Below, in pieces: positions 32,734 to 41,560 of a stretch of DNA of 64,000 nt. Every line of letters starts with the position of its first letter. Positions within the stretch are counted from its first letter, which is position 1. The stretch lies in NCBI GenBank assembly GCA_963815115.1, contig CAWFFN010000005.1:416001-480000 (forward strand), in the 5' to 3' direction. Under the pieces are notes generated by a model. That model saw only the letters and a list, made by a program, of their open reading frames with translations, made no database searches and was not told where the DNA came from. This DNA comes from an uncultured delta proteobacterium (lineage in GTDB: Bacteria; Desulfobacterota; Binatia; DP-6). The position numbers were made by a program, and so were the translations under genes.

Positions 32734-34216
32734 AACGCCGGATGACGAGCGCGGCGATCCGGCCGCCGCGCGCCTGCGCGCGCTCCCAGTCGTCCTCCGA
32801 CACCACGAAGCGGACGGGCCGTCCATCGACGGTACTGTCGGGGAAGAACACCACGAACATGCCGGCCCATCCCGGGAACATGCTCGGGAAGCCGTGGCTC
32901 AACCCGAAGGGCTGATTCTCGATCGTCGCCACCTCGCCCGGCGCGGTGCTCGCAACGTGCTCCCGGATGTCGTCCAGCATCGCCATGGTCTCGGCGCGCT
33001 GCGCGTCCCAGTGATCGATGGGGAAGGGACGTAGCACGAGCGCGGCGATGCGGGCGACGATCCAGATGCCGATCGACCCGCGAACCAGCGCGCTCGCGGT
33101 GGGGCCGCGCCCCGCCACCTGGGCGAGTGCCGTGCAGACGAGCACCGCGACGACCGCGAGCGCCAGGTACTGGTAGCGCGCGCCCATGGCGGCGACCGCG
33201 GCTGGCGTGTGCGCGGCCTCGAAGAGGATCGCTCGTCCAGCCGAGATCGTCCCGTATGCGGCGGCGGCGAGCGTCGCCAGAGCGAGGAGGCTGCGGCGCG
33301 CGCTGCCCGATCCGCACAGCAAGCCGATCCCGAGCAGGAGTGCGAGCGCCGCGCCTCCCACCACCTGCATGGACGCCGGGAACCGCGGGTGCGCGCCGAC
33401 GAAGTCGAAGCCGAGCGCGGCGGCTCCGAAGCCGAAGAGGTGGGCGACGAAGATCAACACGGGCGCGAGCGAGGCGACCACCGTGGTGACCGAGAACAGC
33501 TTGGCCTCGGGCCCGACCACCTCGGGCGAGTAGGTGATGACGATCCGGTAGAGCGCGAAGGACGCCGCGGCGCCGACGACGAGCACGATCAGGCTTCGGA
33601 GTGGAAGCTGCCGGCGAGGCAGGGCGAGCGCCGCGACCAGCGGAAACGCAATCGCGACCCCGAGGCCGATCCCGAAGCACGTGCTGCCGGCGAGCAGGAG
33701 CCCGGCCCAGCAGGCGGCGGTGCCGGTCGACACCGACGTCCCGGTGGCGATCCGCTGCCCGAGGCTGAAGAGGACGCTCAGCACGATGGCGGTGAGCAGT
33801 ACCTGGCCGTACACCGCGTACCATCCGAGCGCTTCCTGTAGCACCGGAGAGGTTCCCCACAACGTGGCGCCGAACGTGGCCAGCACGACGCTGGCGGTGA
33901 AGCGGCGGATCACCCCGTAGAGCAGCGCCGTGTTCAGGGCGTGGGTCAGCAGCACGCTCCAGAAGTAGGGCCGTGGATCGGCCCCGAAGAGCCGGAACAT
34001 GACGGCGAAGACGGTATTGCGGACGGTGTAGAGGTGGCCGGCCCAGGGCAGGATCAGCAGCCGTACGAACGGCTTGGTGGCGATGTCGTAGAGGTGAACG
34101 AAGTCGTCGCCGTTGAAGTAGTTGTCGAGGAGCGGCGCCCAGGCGAGCAGCGCGCAGCCGACGGGGAGCAGAGGCGCCAGGCGCCGGAGCCAGGCGGGCG
34201 ACTCCTCGGGGTTCAC
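32732..34216 (-). CDS. Polytopic membrane protein, GT-C/PMT-like glycosyltransferase
   Basis: GTG start overlaps the amidohydrolase stop; NYFNGDDFVHL acidic pair after TM1, FGADPRPY, HALNTALLY, many TM helices, late ARYQY. Confidence 0.65.
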   Translation of the reverse strand: MNPEESPAWLRRLAPLLPVGCALLAWAPLLDNYFNGDDFVHLYDIATKPFVRLLILPWAGHLYTVRNTVFAVMFRLFGADPRPYFWSVLLTHALNTALLYGVIRRFTASVVLATFGATLWGTSPVLQEALGWYAVYGQVLLTAIVLSVLFSLGQRIATGTSVSTGTAACWAGLLLAGSTCFGIGLGVAIAFPLVAALALPRRQLPLRSLIVLVVGAAASFALYRIVITYSPEVVGPEAKLFSVTTVVASLAPVLIFVAHLFGFGAAALGFDFVGAHPRFPASMQVVGGAALALLLGIGLLCGSGSARRSLLALATLAAAAYGTISAGRAILFEAAHTPAAVAAMGARYQYLALAVVAVLVCTALAQVAGRGPTASALVRGSIGIWIVARIAALVLRPFPIDHWDAQRAETMAMLDDIREHVASTAPGEVATIENQPFGLSHGFPSMFPGWAGMFVVFFPDSTVDGRPVRFVVSEDDWERAQARGGRIAALVIRR

Positions 34217-35286
34217 GCCGCCAGCCGGTAGAAGCGCTCCGCGTTCTCTCCCATGATCTTCGCGCGCACCGCGTCGGAGATGTCCCGGCGCTCGCGCAAC
34301 GGCTTCGTCGAGTTCGGGAAGTCCGAGTCCCAGTGCGGGTAGTCGCTGGCGTACATGATGAAGTGGTCGCCCAGGGCTTCCACCGCGAGCGGCACCGAGA
34401 CCTCCTCGGGCTCGCAGCTGACGTAGAGCTGTCCCCGCGCGATGTACTCCCGGGGCTCGCGCTTGCACTCGGGCGTCAGCCGGCCGCGCTTCTCGAGGTG
34501 CTCCTCCATGCGCTCCATGAAGTAGGGCACCCAGCCCACGCCCGACTCGAGCAGCGCGACCCGCAACGTCGGATGGCGCTCGAACACGCCGCCGAGGATG
34601 AGCGCCGTCGACGCCACCATCATGTCGAACGGGAAGCTCACGCAGTGCACCTGGAGATAGTTGTCGAAGCGGTGCGAGCCCAGGTTGGGCAGATGGATGC
34701 CGGGCGCGCCGTGGATGCCGAGCGGCATCTCGAGGTCGGCGGCGGCGGCGTAGAAGGGCTCCAGGTCCGGGTGGTCGAGATTGCGGTCCTTCAGGACCGC
34801 CGGGACCATGATGGCCTTCAGGCCGAGCCCCTTCGCGTCCCGCATGATGCCGATCGAGGTGGCGACGTCCTCGATGGGAACGAGTCCGACGCCGTAGAAG
34901 CGGCCCTTCCCGCGCCCGCACCAGTCGGCCATCCAGGCGTTGTAGGCGCGGGCCATCTCCGCCGCGAAACGCTGGTCCTCGTACGCGGGCAGGCCGAGCG
35001 CCGCGCTCGGGAAGAACACCATGCCGTCGATGCCCTCGCGATCGGCGTCCGCCAGCACGCCCTCGGCCGTGAAGGGATTCGCGCCGCGGTCGAGGCACAT
35101 GCCCTCGTCGGCGCGGCAGCCGGCGCCCGGTCCCCACGACTTCGGATACGGCCTGCCCTCGATGTAGAGCGCGGTGGCCTCCTCGCCCTGCGCGAAGCGG
35201 ATCTTGTCCGGAAAGCGCTCGAGCATCTGGGCCATGAACTCGCGGCCCTCGACCACGTGCGCGTCGCTGTCGATCACTCGTGCCAT
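34213..35286 (-). CDS. Amidohydrolase_2-family metal-dependent hydrolase/decarboxylase
   Basis: IDSDAHVVE, RAYNAW, LGIHG, GGVFERHP, LESGVGW, YASDYPHWD. Confidence 0.92.
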   Translation of the reverse strand: MARVIDSDAHVVEGREFMAQMLERFPDKIRFAQGEEATALYIEGRPYPKSWGPGAGCRADEGMCLDRGANPFTAEGVLADADREGIDGMVFFPSAALGLPAYEDQRFAAEMARAYNAWMADWCGRGKGRFYGVGLVPIEDVATSIGIMRDAKGLGLKAIMVPAVLKDRNLDHPDLEPFYAAAADLEMPLGIHGAPGIHLPNLGSHRFDNYLQVHCVSFPFDMMVASTALILGGVFERHPTLRVALLESGVGWVPYFMERMEEHLEKRGRLTPECKREPREYIARGQLYVSCEPEEVSVPLAVEALGDHFIMYASDYPHWDSDFPNSTKPLRERRDISDAVRAKIMGENAERFYRLAA

Positions 35287-35305
35287 GTCGGATCCTCCGT
35301 CCGCG

Positions 35306-36448
35306 TCACCCGATCACACCCTGGTCGCGCAGCGCCGCGATGTCGCCGGCGGCATACCCCAGGCCGCGCAGGACGGCGTCGGTATGCTCGCCCAGCACGG
35401 GCAGCGCCGGCGCCGTCGCGCGCGGCGCGTCCGAGAGCTTGATCGGCGAGCTGATGTAGCTCCGGGTGCCGGCCGGGGTCTCCATGTCGACCACCATGCC
35501 GCGGTGACGCAGCTGCGGGTCGTCGTAGGCTTCCTCGATGTTCAGCACCGGGCCGAAGCAGATCTCCTGACCGGCGAGCTCGGCCATCCACTGGTCGAGC
35601 GTCTTCTCCCGGAACGCGGCACGGAAGAAGCGGAACATCTCCTCGCGCCGCGCCTCCGAGAATTGCTCGGGAGCGAAGTCGTCGCGGCCGAAGTGGCGGC
35701 AGAGCGTGGCCCAGAAGTGCGGCTCGTACGCCCCGACCGTGACGTAGCGACCGTCGCGCGTCTCGTACACGGCATAGCAGGGCCAGTGGCCGGTGAGCTG
35801 CTCCTTGCCCCGCTGCGGGAGCTGCCCCGAGAACCAGTGGATGGTCTGGTGGCAGACGTTCCACGCGGCGGCGCCGTCGAGCATCGCGATGTCCACGAGC
35901 TGGCCGCGCCCGGTCTGCTCGCGGGCGACGATGGCGGAGAGGATGCCCACCGCGGCCATCAGCGATCCCGCCCCGACGTCCGCGACCTGGACGGGGGGGA
36001 TCATCGGCGGGCCGTCGGGTGCGCCGGCGTACTCCAGCACCCCGGCATAGCCGAGGTAGTTGACGTCGTGCCCGACCTTGTCGCGGTACGGCCCGTCCTG
36101 TCCGTAGCCCGAGATGGCGCAGTAGATCAGCCGGGGATTGCGGGCGTGCAGCGTCTCCCAGTCGAACCCGAGGCGCTTCATGACCCCGGGCCGGAACCCC
36201 TCGAGCAGCACGTCGGACTGATCCACGAGCTTCGCGAAGATCTCCCGTCCGGGATCGGTCTTCAGGTCGAGCGTCATGCTGCGCTTGTTGCGCGCGAGGA
36301 ACGGGATGCCGAGGCCGAACGGATCGCGCGGCGCGGTGACGACCAGGACGTCCATGCCCAGGTCGGCGAGGAGCGTCGAGCAGAACGGACCCGGGAGCTG
36401 GCGGGAGAGGTCGAGCATCCGGAAGCGGCCGAGCGGCGGTGCAGGCAT
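35306..36448 (-). CDS. CaiB/BaiF family III CoA-transferase (alpha-methylacyl-CoA racemase-like)
   Basis: LDLSRQLPGPF, RNKRSMTLDLK, EGFRPGV, SGYGQDGP, GHDVNY, AMLDG. Confidence 0.92.
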   Translation of the reverse strand: MPAPPLGRFRMLDLSRQLPGPFCSTLLADLGMDVLVVTAPRDPFGLGIPFLARNKRSMTLDLKTDPGREIFAKLVDQSDVLLEGFRPGVMKRLGFDWETLHARNPRLIYCAISGYGQDGPYRDKVGHDVNYLGYAGVLEYAGAPDGPPMIPPVQVADVGAGSLMAAVGILSAIVAREQTGRGQLVDIAMLDGAAAWNVCHQTIHWFSGQLPQRGKEQLTGHWPCYAVYETRDGRYVTVGAYEPHFWATLCRHFGRDDFAPEQFSEARREEMFRFFRAAFREKTLDQWMAELAGQEICFGPVLNIEEAYDDPQLRHRGMVVDMETPAGTRSYISSPIKLSDAPRATAPALPVLGEHTDAVLRGLGYAAGDIAALRDQGVIG

Positions 36449-36461
36449 GTGTCCCGGCTCC

Positions 36462-37679
36462 TTACCAGAGCCCGCGCAGCCAGAGCCAGAGTACGGCGAG
36501 AGCCAGGGTGAGCAGCGTCACGGGGACGCCCATGCGCGCGTGCTCGCGCCAGCTGATGCGGAGATCGTGCAGCGCCGCCTGCTCCGCCACGATCAGGTTG
36601 GCGATGCTACCGACCATGAGCAGGTTGCCCGCGAGCGTGCTGGCCAGCGCGAGGATGGGGCCGGCGGAGGGCCGGGGCGCGACGGCCAGGAGCAGCATCA
36701 CCGCCGGGACGTTCGAGACCAGGTTCGAGAGCACCACCGTGGCGGCGAAGAGCCAGGTGGGATGGGCGAGATCGATGCCCGCGCCGCGACTCGCCCGCAC
36801 CGCGTCATCGAGCAGCCCGGTGTCCGCGAGGGCCCCGTTCACGACGAAGAGCCCGATGAAGAGGACGAGCAGGTGCCAGTCGACCAGGGCGAGCATGGGC
36901 CGCGACGCCATCCGCCGGCTGGTGAGGACGATGCCTGCGGCTCCGAGCGCCAGCAGATCGCGCGGCCACGTCCCGAGCAGGAAGAGCACGACCAGGCCGG
37001 CGAGGACCGCGACGCCCTTCGACGCCTGCCAGGCGTCGAAGGGCGCGGCGACGACGTGCACCGGCCGCATCGGCGCGTGCCAGCGTCCCGCGGTCATCCG
37101 GCGCACCACCCACCACACCACGACGAGGCCCAGGGCGGAGGGCGGGGCGGCGTCGAGCAGATAGCCGGCGAAGGAGAGGTGGAGCCGTTCCCCGATGAGC
37201 ATGTTCTGCGGGTTGCCGATCAGGGTCGCGGCCGAGCCGACGTTGGACGCCGCCGCGAGTGCGAGCAGGAACGGCGTCGCGCGCAAGCCGCGACGGGCGC
37301 AGCCCTCGATCAGGATCGGGGCCATGGCGAGACAGACGATGTCGTTGGCCAGCAGCGCCGAGAGCACCCCCGCGACCGCGACCAGCATCGCGAGCAGGGC
37401 GCCGGGGCCGAGGGCCGCGGTCGCGATCCGGCGCGTCACCTGGTCGTAGAAGCCGCCGAGGCGGAGCTGCGCCGAGACGACCATGAGGCCGAAGAGGAGG
37501 CACAGCGTCGGGGTGTCGATGGCGCGCCACGCTTGCTGCGGCGAGATGAGCTCGGTGGCGACGAGCACGATCGCGCCGAGCAGGGCCGCGCCGGTGCGGT
37601 CGAGGGCGAGCCCCGGCAGCTCGCCGAGCAGCATCGCCAGATAGACCAGCGCGAAGACGATGAGGACGGCGGCGGACAC
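36462..37679 (-). CDS. ArsB/NhaD-superfamily anion transporter (YbiR/Lsi2-like)
   Basis: DRTGAALLG, SALLANDIVC, SNVGSAATLIGNPQN, VSNVPAV, STLAGNL.MVGSIANLIV. Confidence 0.88.
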   Translation of the reverse strand: MSAAVLIVFALVYLAMLLGELPGLALDRTGAALLGAIVLVATELISPQQAWRAIDTPTLCLLFGLMVVSAQLRLGGFYDQVTRRIATAALGPGALLAMLVAVAGVLSALLANDIVCLAMAPILIEGCARRGLRATPFLLALAAASNVGSAATLIGNPQNMLIGERLHLSFAGYLLDAAPPSALGLVVVWWVVRRMTAGRWHAPMRPVHVVAAPFDAWQASKGVAVLAGLVVLFLLGTWPRDLLALGAAGIVLTSRRMASRPMLALVDWHLLVLFIGLFVVNGALADTGLLDDAVRASRGAGIDLAHPTWLFAATVVLSNLVSNVPAVMLLLAVAPRPSAGPILALASTLAGNLLMVGSIANLIVAEQAALHDLRISWREHARMGVPVTLLTLALAVLWLWLRGLW

Positions 37680-37688
37680 GCGCGCCGC

Positions 37689-38255
37689 TCAGCCGTCGAC
37701 GAGGCGCTTTCCCAGGTTGCCCACCCCGACGGCCGCGCAGCCGTAGAGCCAGGGAAGCCACACGGTGACGCCGGCGAGCGAGGGCTCGAGGTAGACGAAC
37801 GTTCCCGTGCGGACGAGCGTGATCTCGACCGCCGTGCCGATGACCGCCGTCAGCGCGGCCAGCACGAGGCCCAGCCCGGTGCGATCCCAGAGCACCCAGG
37901 CGACGACGAACATCGCGGCAAGGAGAAGGGAGCGGGGGACGGGGCCGCCGCCGACGAGGCCGCTCGCCGCGTATGCGAGGACGAAGACCGCCATGCCGCC
38001 GGCCACCGCGGCGTCCGTCGGCACGGGGCGGCGCAGCCCGAGCATTCGCTCCACCACCGGACGCCCGAGCCCGATCGCCAGTGCCGCGCTGGCGAAGAGT
38101 AGCGGCACCCACCATGCCTGTCCGAAGAGGACCGGCCGTGCGTACGCAGTGGTGCCGGTGTGGACGTGGATCGCATCGAGGCCGGTGCCGACGGTTGCGC
38201 CGGCGAGGGCGAGCGTGGCGCCGGCCGGAAGCCAGCGTGGAGTGTCCTGGGCCAC
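37689..38255 (-). CDS. Small polytopic membrane protein (DUF2878/INSIG-like)
   Basis: About 6 hydrophobic segments; LDAIH, GTAVE, G.FVY, WLPWLY. GTG 38255 follows GGGAG; ATG 38297 or 38291 are alternatives. Confidence 0.6.
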   Translation of the reverse strand: MAQDTPRWLPAGATLALAGATVGTGLDAIHVHTGTTAYARPVLFGQAWWVPLLFASAALAIGLGRPVVERMLGLRRPVPTDAAVAGGMAVFVLAYAASGLVGGGPVPRSLLLAAMFVVAWVLWDRTGLGLVLAALTAVIGTAVEITLVRTGTFVYLEPSLAGVTVWLPWLYGCAAVGVGNLGKRLVDG

Positions 38256-38390
38256 CTCGCTCCCTGCGCCCGAGCTCGGCGCGGCCGCCATCGCCATGCC
38301 CGGTCGGCTAGCATGCGTCGGCTCGCGGAGCCAGCCACCAGACGTCTGCAATCATTTGCGGCTGGGCGTTCCGACCGGTAGGTCTCGGCT

Positions 38391-39980
38391 GTGTCCTCGA
38401 GCTCCTCGCCCGATCTCGCCTTCGGCGCCTTCAGCGAGCGCGGCCCGTGGACCATCGACCCCGAGCAGCTCAGCTGGCGTGCCGGCATCGACGCACGACG
38501 TGCCGGCGCCCAGGCCGAGGTCCCGGAGCTGGTTCGCCGTCGCATCCTGCCGCCGCTCGGCCGGTTCACCGAGGCCGCCGCGGTGCTCGGCTCCGCGCTC
38601 GCCGGCTGGCAGCTCCGCGAGCGCCGCGCGGGCGGCGCGGCGTCACGGGCGGGCCTCTCGCGGCGATTGCGCCGCGCCTTCGAGCGGCTGGGCCCGGCGT
38701 ACATCAAGCTCGGCCAGATCGTGTCGTCCGGCCAGGGCTTCTTCCCGCCCGAGCTGGTCGACGAGTTCAAGCACTGCCGCGACCAGGTGCCGGCCGAGCC
38801 CTTCCGGCTCGTGCGGCGCGTCGTCGAGGAGGACCTCGGCGCGCCGCTCGAGCGCAGCTTCGCCTGGTTCGACGAGCAGCCGATCGCGGCGGCGTCGATC
38901 GCGCAGGTGCACGCGGCGCGCCTGCCCGGCGGCGAGGAGGTGGTGGTGAAGGTGCAGCGGCCGAAGGTCGCGCGCCTCGTGCGCCGCGACATCGGGTCGA
39001 TGGCATGGATCGCGCCGCTGCTCGTCGGCCGCATCCCGATCGCGGCGCTCGCCAACCCGCCCGCCCTGGTCGAGCTGTTCGCGGAGACCATCGTCGAGGA
39101 GCTGGACTTCCGCCTCGAGGCCCAGAACATGCTCGACGTCGCCCGCGTGCTGCGTGACGCCGGCCAGCGCATCATCGTGGTGCCGCGCCCGCATCCGCGG
39201 CTGGTCACGCAGCGCGTCCTCGTGATGGAGCGCCTGCACGGCTTCAAGTACGACGACGTCGAGGGCATGCGCGCGGCGGGCGTCGACACCGCCGAGCTGG
39301 TGCGCGCGTTGATGATCGCCTTCCTGGAAGGCGCGATGATCTACGGCGTCTTCCACGGCGACTTTCACGGCGGCAACCTGCTCGTGATGCCGGATGGCCG
39401 CGTCGCGCTCTTCGACTACGGCATCACCGGGCGCATGGCGGAGCCACAGCGGCTCGCCTTCCTGCGCATGATGCTGACCGGCGCCGTGAACGACGTCAGG
39501 GGCCAGCTGGTCGCGTTTCGCGACCTGGGTGCGCTGCCGCCCGACGCCGACCTGGACTCGCTGGAGAAGCTGCTCAAGCTCGATCAGCCGGTGAAGGACC
39601 CGACCACGATGTCGGGCGAGGAGCTGGTCCACGAGATCCAGGATCTCCTGAAGGGGCTTCTCAAGCAGGGTGCCAAGCTGCCGAAGAACCTCATGCTGTA
39701 CGTGAAGGACATGATCTTCTTCGACGGCGCCACCACGCGGCTCGCGCCCGACGTCAACCTGTTCGAGCAGATGACCAGAATCTATGGCTATTTCGCGCAG
39801 CACCATGGCGATCGCATCGCGCGCGACATCGGCTTCGATCCCCGCGTGTTCACGGTCGACCTGGCGGGGGTGAAACGCTCCCTCGGGCTCGACGAGGAGA
39901 CGGCGTCGCTCACCCAGCGCGAGCTGGTCGGGCGGCGGGCCGTGATCCAGGAGCGTCTGGAAGGGACCGGCGACGCCTGA
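38391..39980 (+). CDS. ABC1/UbiB/AarF-family atypical kinase
   Basis: LGPAYIKLGQ, PIAAASIAQVH, VVVKVQRP, EELDFRLEA, FHGDFHGGN, FDYG. Confidence 0.92.
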   Translation: MSSSSSPDLAFGAFSERGPWTIDPEQLSWRAGIDARRAGAQAEVPELVRRRILPPLGRFTEAAAVLGSALAGWQLRERRAGGAASRAGLSRRLRRAFERLGPAYIKLGQIVSSGQGFFPPELVDEFKHCRDQVPAEPFRLVRRVVEEDLGAPLERSFAWFDEQPIAAASIAQVHAARLPGGEEVVVKVQRPKVARLVRRDIGSMAWIAPLLVGRIPIAALANPPALVELFAETIVEELDFRLEAQNMLDVARVLRDAGQRIIVVPRPHPRLVTQRVLVMERLHGFKYDDVEGMRAAGVDTAELVRALMIAFLEGAMIYGVFHGDFHGGNLLVMPDGRVALFDYGITGRMAEPQRLAFLRMMLTGAVNDVRGQLVAFRDLGALPPDADLDSLEKLLKLDQPVKDPTTMSGEELVHEIQDLLKGLLKQGAKLPKNLMLYVKDMIFFDGATTRLAPDVNLFEQMTRIYGYFAQHHGDRIARDIGFDPRVFTVDLAGVKRSLGLDEETASLTQRELVGRRAVIQERLEGTGDA

Positions 39981-39984
39981 TCGT

Positions 39985-41481
39985 TCAGCCCCCGGTGGGA
40001 AGCCAGCCGTGGCTCTCGAGGAACTCTCGGAGCCGGCGATCCTGGGCTGACAGCGGCGGGAGCCAGGTGCCCAGGCGCTCGCGTCTCCACCACGCACCGC
40101 TCGGATCCCCGGGCGGCGCGAATCGATAGCGATAGAGCGACGCGCGGATGAAGCGCGGCGGCGCGTCCGGGAACGGATCGCCGGCGAGGAGGCCGAGCGC
40201 GCCGGGATCGGCGTGCAGCAGCTTCCAGACCAGGTGCAGGGTCCAGGGATAGGCCTCGGGCCGCGACATCGCCGCGAACCACATGAGCCAGTCGAGCCGG
40301 TAGTGATACGGCGAGATCACGCAGGGCCGTCGCATCGGATCGCCGGGCTTGCACTTGAACTCGTACGGCCGCCAGTCGGCCGCGTCGCCGGGCACGGCAT
40401 CGTCGGTACCCTCGAGGACGATCTCGTCGCGCTCGCGGCCCACGCTGCCGAAGGCGCCGTACGTGTTGACGAGATCCAGCGGATCGAAGGAGGTGTTCAT
40501 CACCTGGTGGCCGGAGAGCAGGTTGCCGACCGGCGCCACGCTGAGCACCGCGACCAGGACCGCGACGGCTCCGGCCACGACCTGCTGCGCTCGCGACGGC
40601 CGGGCCTCGTCCGCCGCCCGGAGGCTCGCGCGCGCGAGCCGCGCGGGAAGCACGCGGGCGAGGAAGCGATCGTCGAAGCACGCCAGCACCGGCACCACGG
40701 TGAGCCAGTTCAGGAAGGACAGGTTGCCGCTCAGGATGAGGAAGACCTGAAACGCCGTCATGAGCGTGCCGGCGGCGAGGCGCGCCGGGCGCGGGCCGAA
40801 GACGAACCACGGCGCCACCAGCTCGGTCAGGTGGTTGAACAGCACCCCGCCGCGGTTGAACCAGTGCGGCATGAAGTGCAGCGAGCGGCTGAGCGGATTC
40901 GGGATCGGCTGGGTCTCGTAGTGGAAGTACAGGCAGGTGAGATCGCGCCAGCACGAGTCGCCGCGCAGCTTGATCAGGCCCGCGCCGAGCATGATGCGGA
41001 ACGCGAGCCAGCGCAGCAGCCAGATGACGGCCGTCGGCGGCGGCCGTCGCGGGAAGGGACGAGCGTCGAGGGGAGGGCAGAGGAAGATGGCCAGGAAGCC
41101 GGTCTCGAGGAGCTGGATCTCCCAGCCGAAGCCGTACCAGACCTGCCCGACGTGGACGAAGGAGAGGTAGAGAAACCAGAGCGCCGCCAGCAGCACCCCG
41201 TTGGCGAAGCCGAGCAGCACCGGCACGGAGAGCGCGACGCCGAGCCACGCCATCGCCTGCAGGAAGCCGTCCGAGGCGTCGAGCCAGAAGAGGCTCGGGA
41301 CGTGCCGGAACGCGACGGCGCGCGAGCCGTAGCGATCGGCGACCCGCTCGAGGAAGAGCGGGATCGGCGTCAGGCCGTGCGAGCCGAGGAGCGGCAGGAG
41401 CTGCTGGACGAGGACGAGGAACGCGACCAGGTAGACGAGCCCGAGGAGGCGGAGGACGAGGAAGCGCGCGAGCCAGTAGGT
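39985..41481 (-). CDS. Lipase maturation factor (LMF1) family membrane protein; start undetermined
   Basis: FGWEIQLLETGF, FRIMLGAGLIKLRGD, HYETQPIPNP, PYHYRLDWLMWFAAM. The family-like N-terminus (TYWLARFLVLRLLGLVYLVAF...GSHGLTP) continues in frame 76 codons above the first ATG (41253), with no ATG/GTG/TTG before the TAG at 41566-41568. Confidence 0.85.
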   Translation of the reverse strand, partial: TYWLARFLVLRLLGLVYLVAFLVLVQQLLPLLGSHGLTPIPLFLERVADRYGSRAVAFRHVPSLFWLDASDGFLQAMAWLGVALSVPVLLGFANGVLLAALWFLYLSFVHVGQVWYGFGWEIQLLETGFLAIFLCPPLDARPFPRRPPPTAVIWLLRWLAFRIMLGAGLIKLRGDSCWRDLTCLYFHYETQPIPNPLSRSLHFMPHWFNRGGVLFNHLTELVAPWFVFGPRPARLAAGTLMTAFQVFLILSGNLSFLNWLTVVPVLACFDDRFLARVLPARLARASLRAADEARPSRAQQVVAGAVAVLVAVLSVAPVGNLLSGHQVMNTSFDPLDLVNTYGAFGSVGRERDEIVLEGTDDAVPGDAADWRPYEFKCKPGDPMRRPCVISPYHYRLDWLMWFAAMSRPEAYPWTLHLVWKLLHADPGALGLLAGDPFPDAPPRFIRASLYRYRFAPPGDPSGAWWRRERLGTWLPPLSAQDRRLREFLESHGWLPTGG

Positions 41482-41489
41482 CCGCCGCG

Positions 41490-41530
41490 AAGAAAACGGC
41501 CCCGGCGGAGGGGTCTCTCCGCCGGGGCCG
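41490..41530 (-). terminator. Intrinsic terminator of the upstream Cys-rich gene
   Basis: Perfect 14-bp stem CGGCCCCGGCGGAG/CTCCGCCGGGGCCG, 6-nt loop, followed by TTTTCTT on the minus strand. Confidence 0.85.
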
Positions 41531-41560
41531 GGTGGCTGCTCGGGGACGTCGGTCGTTCGG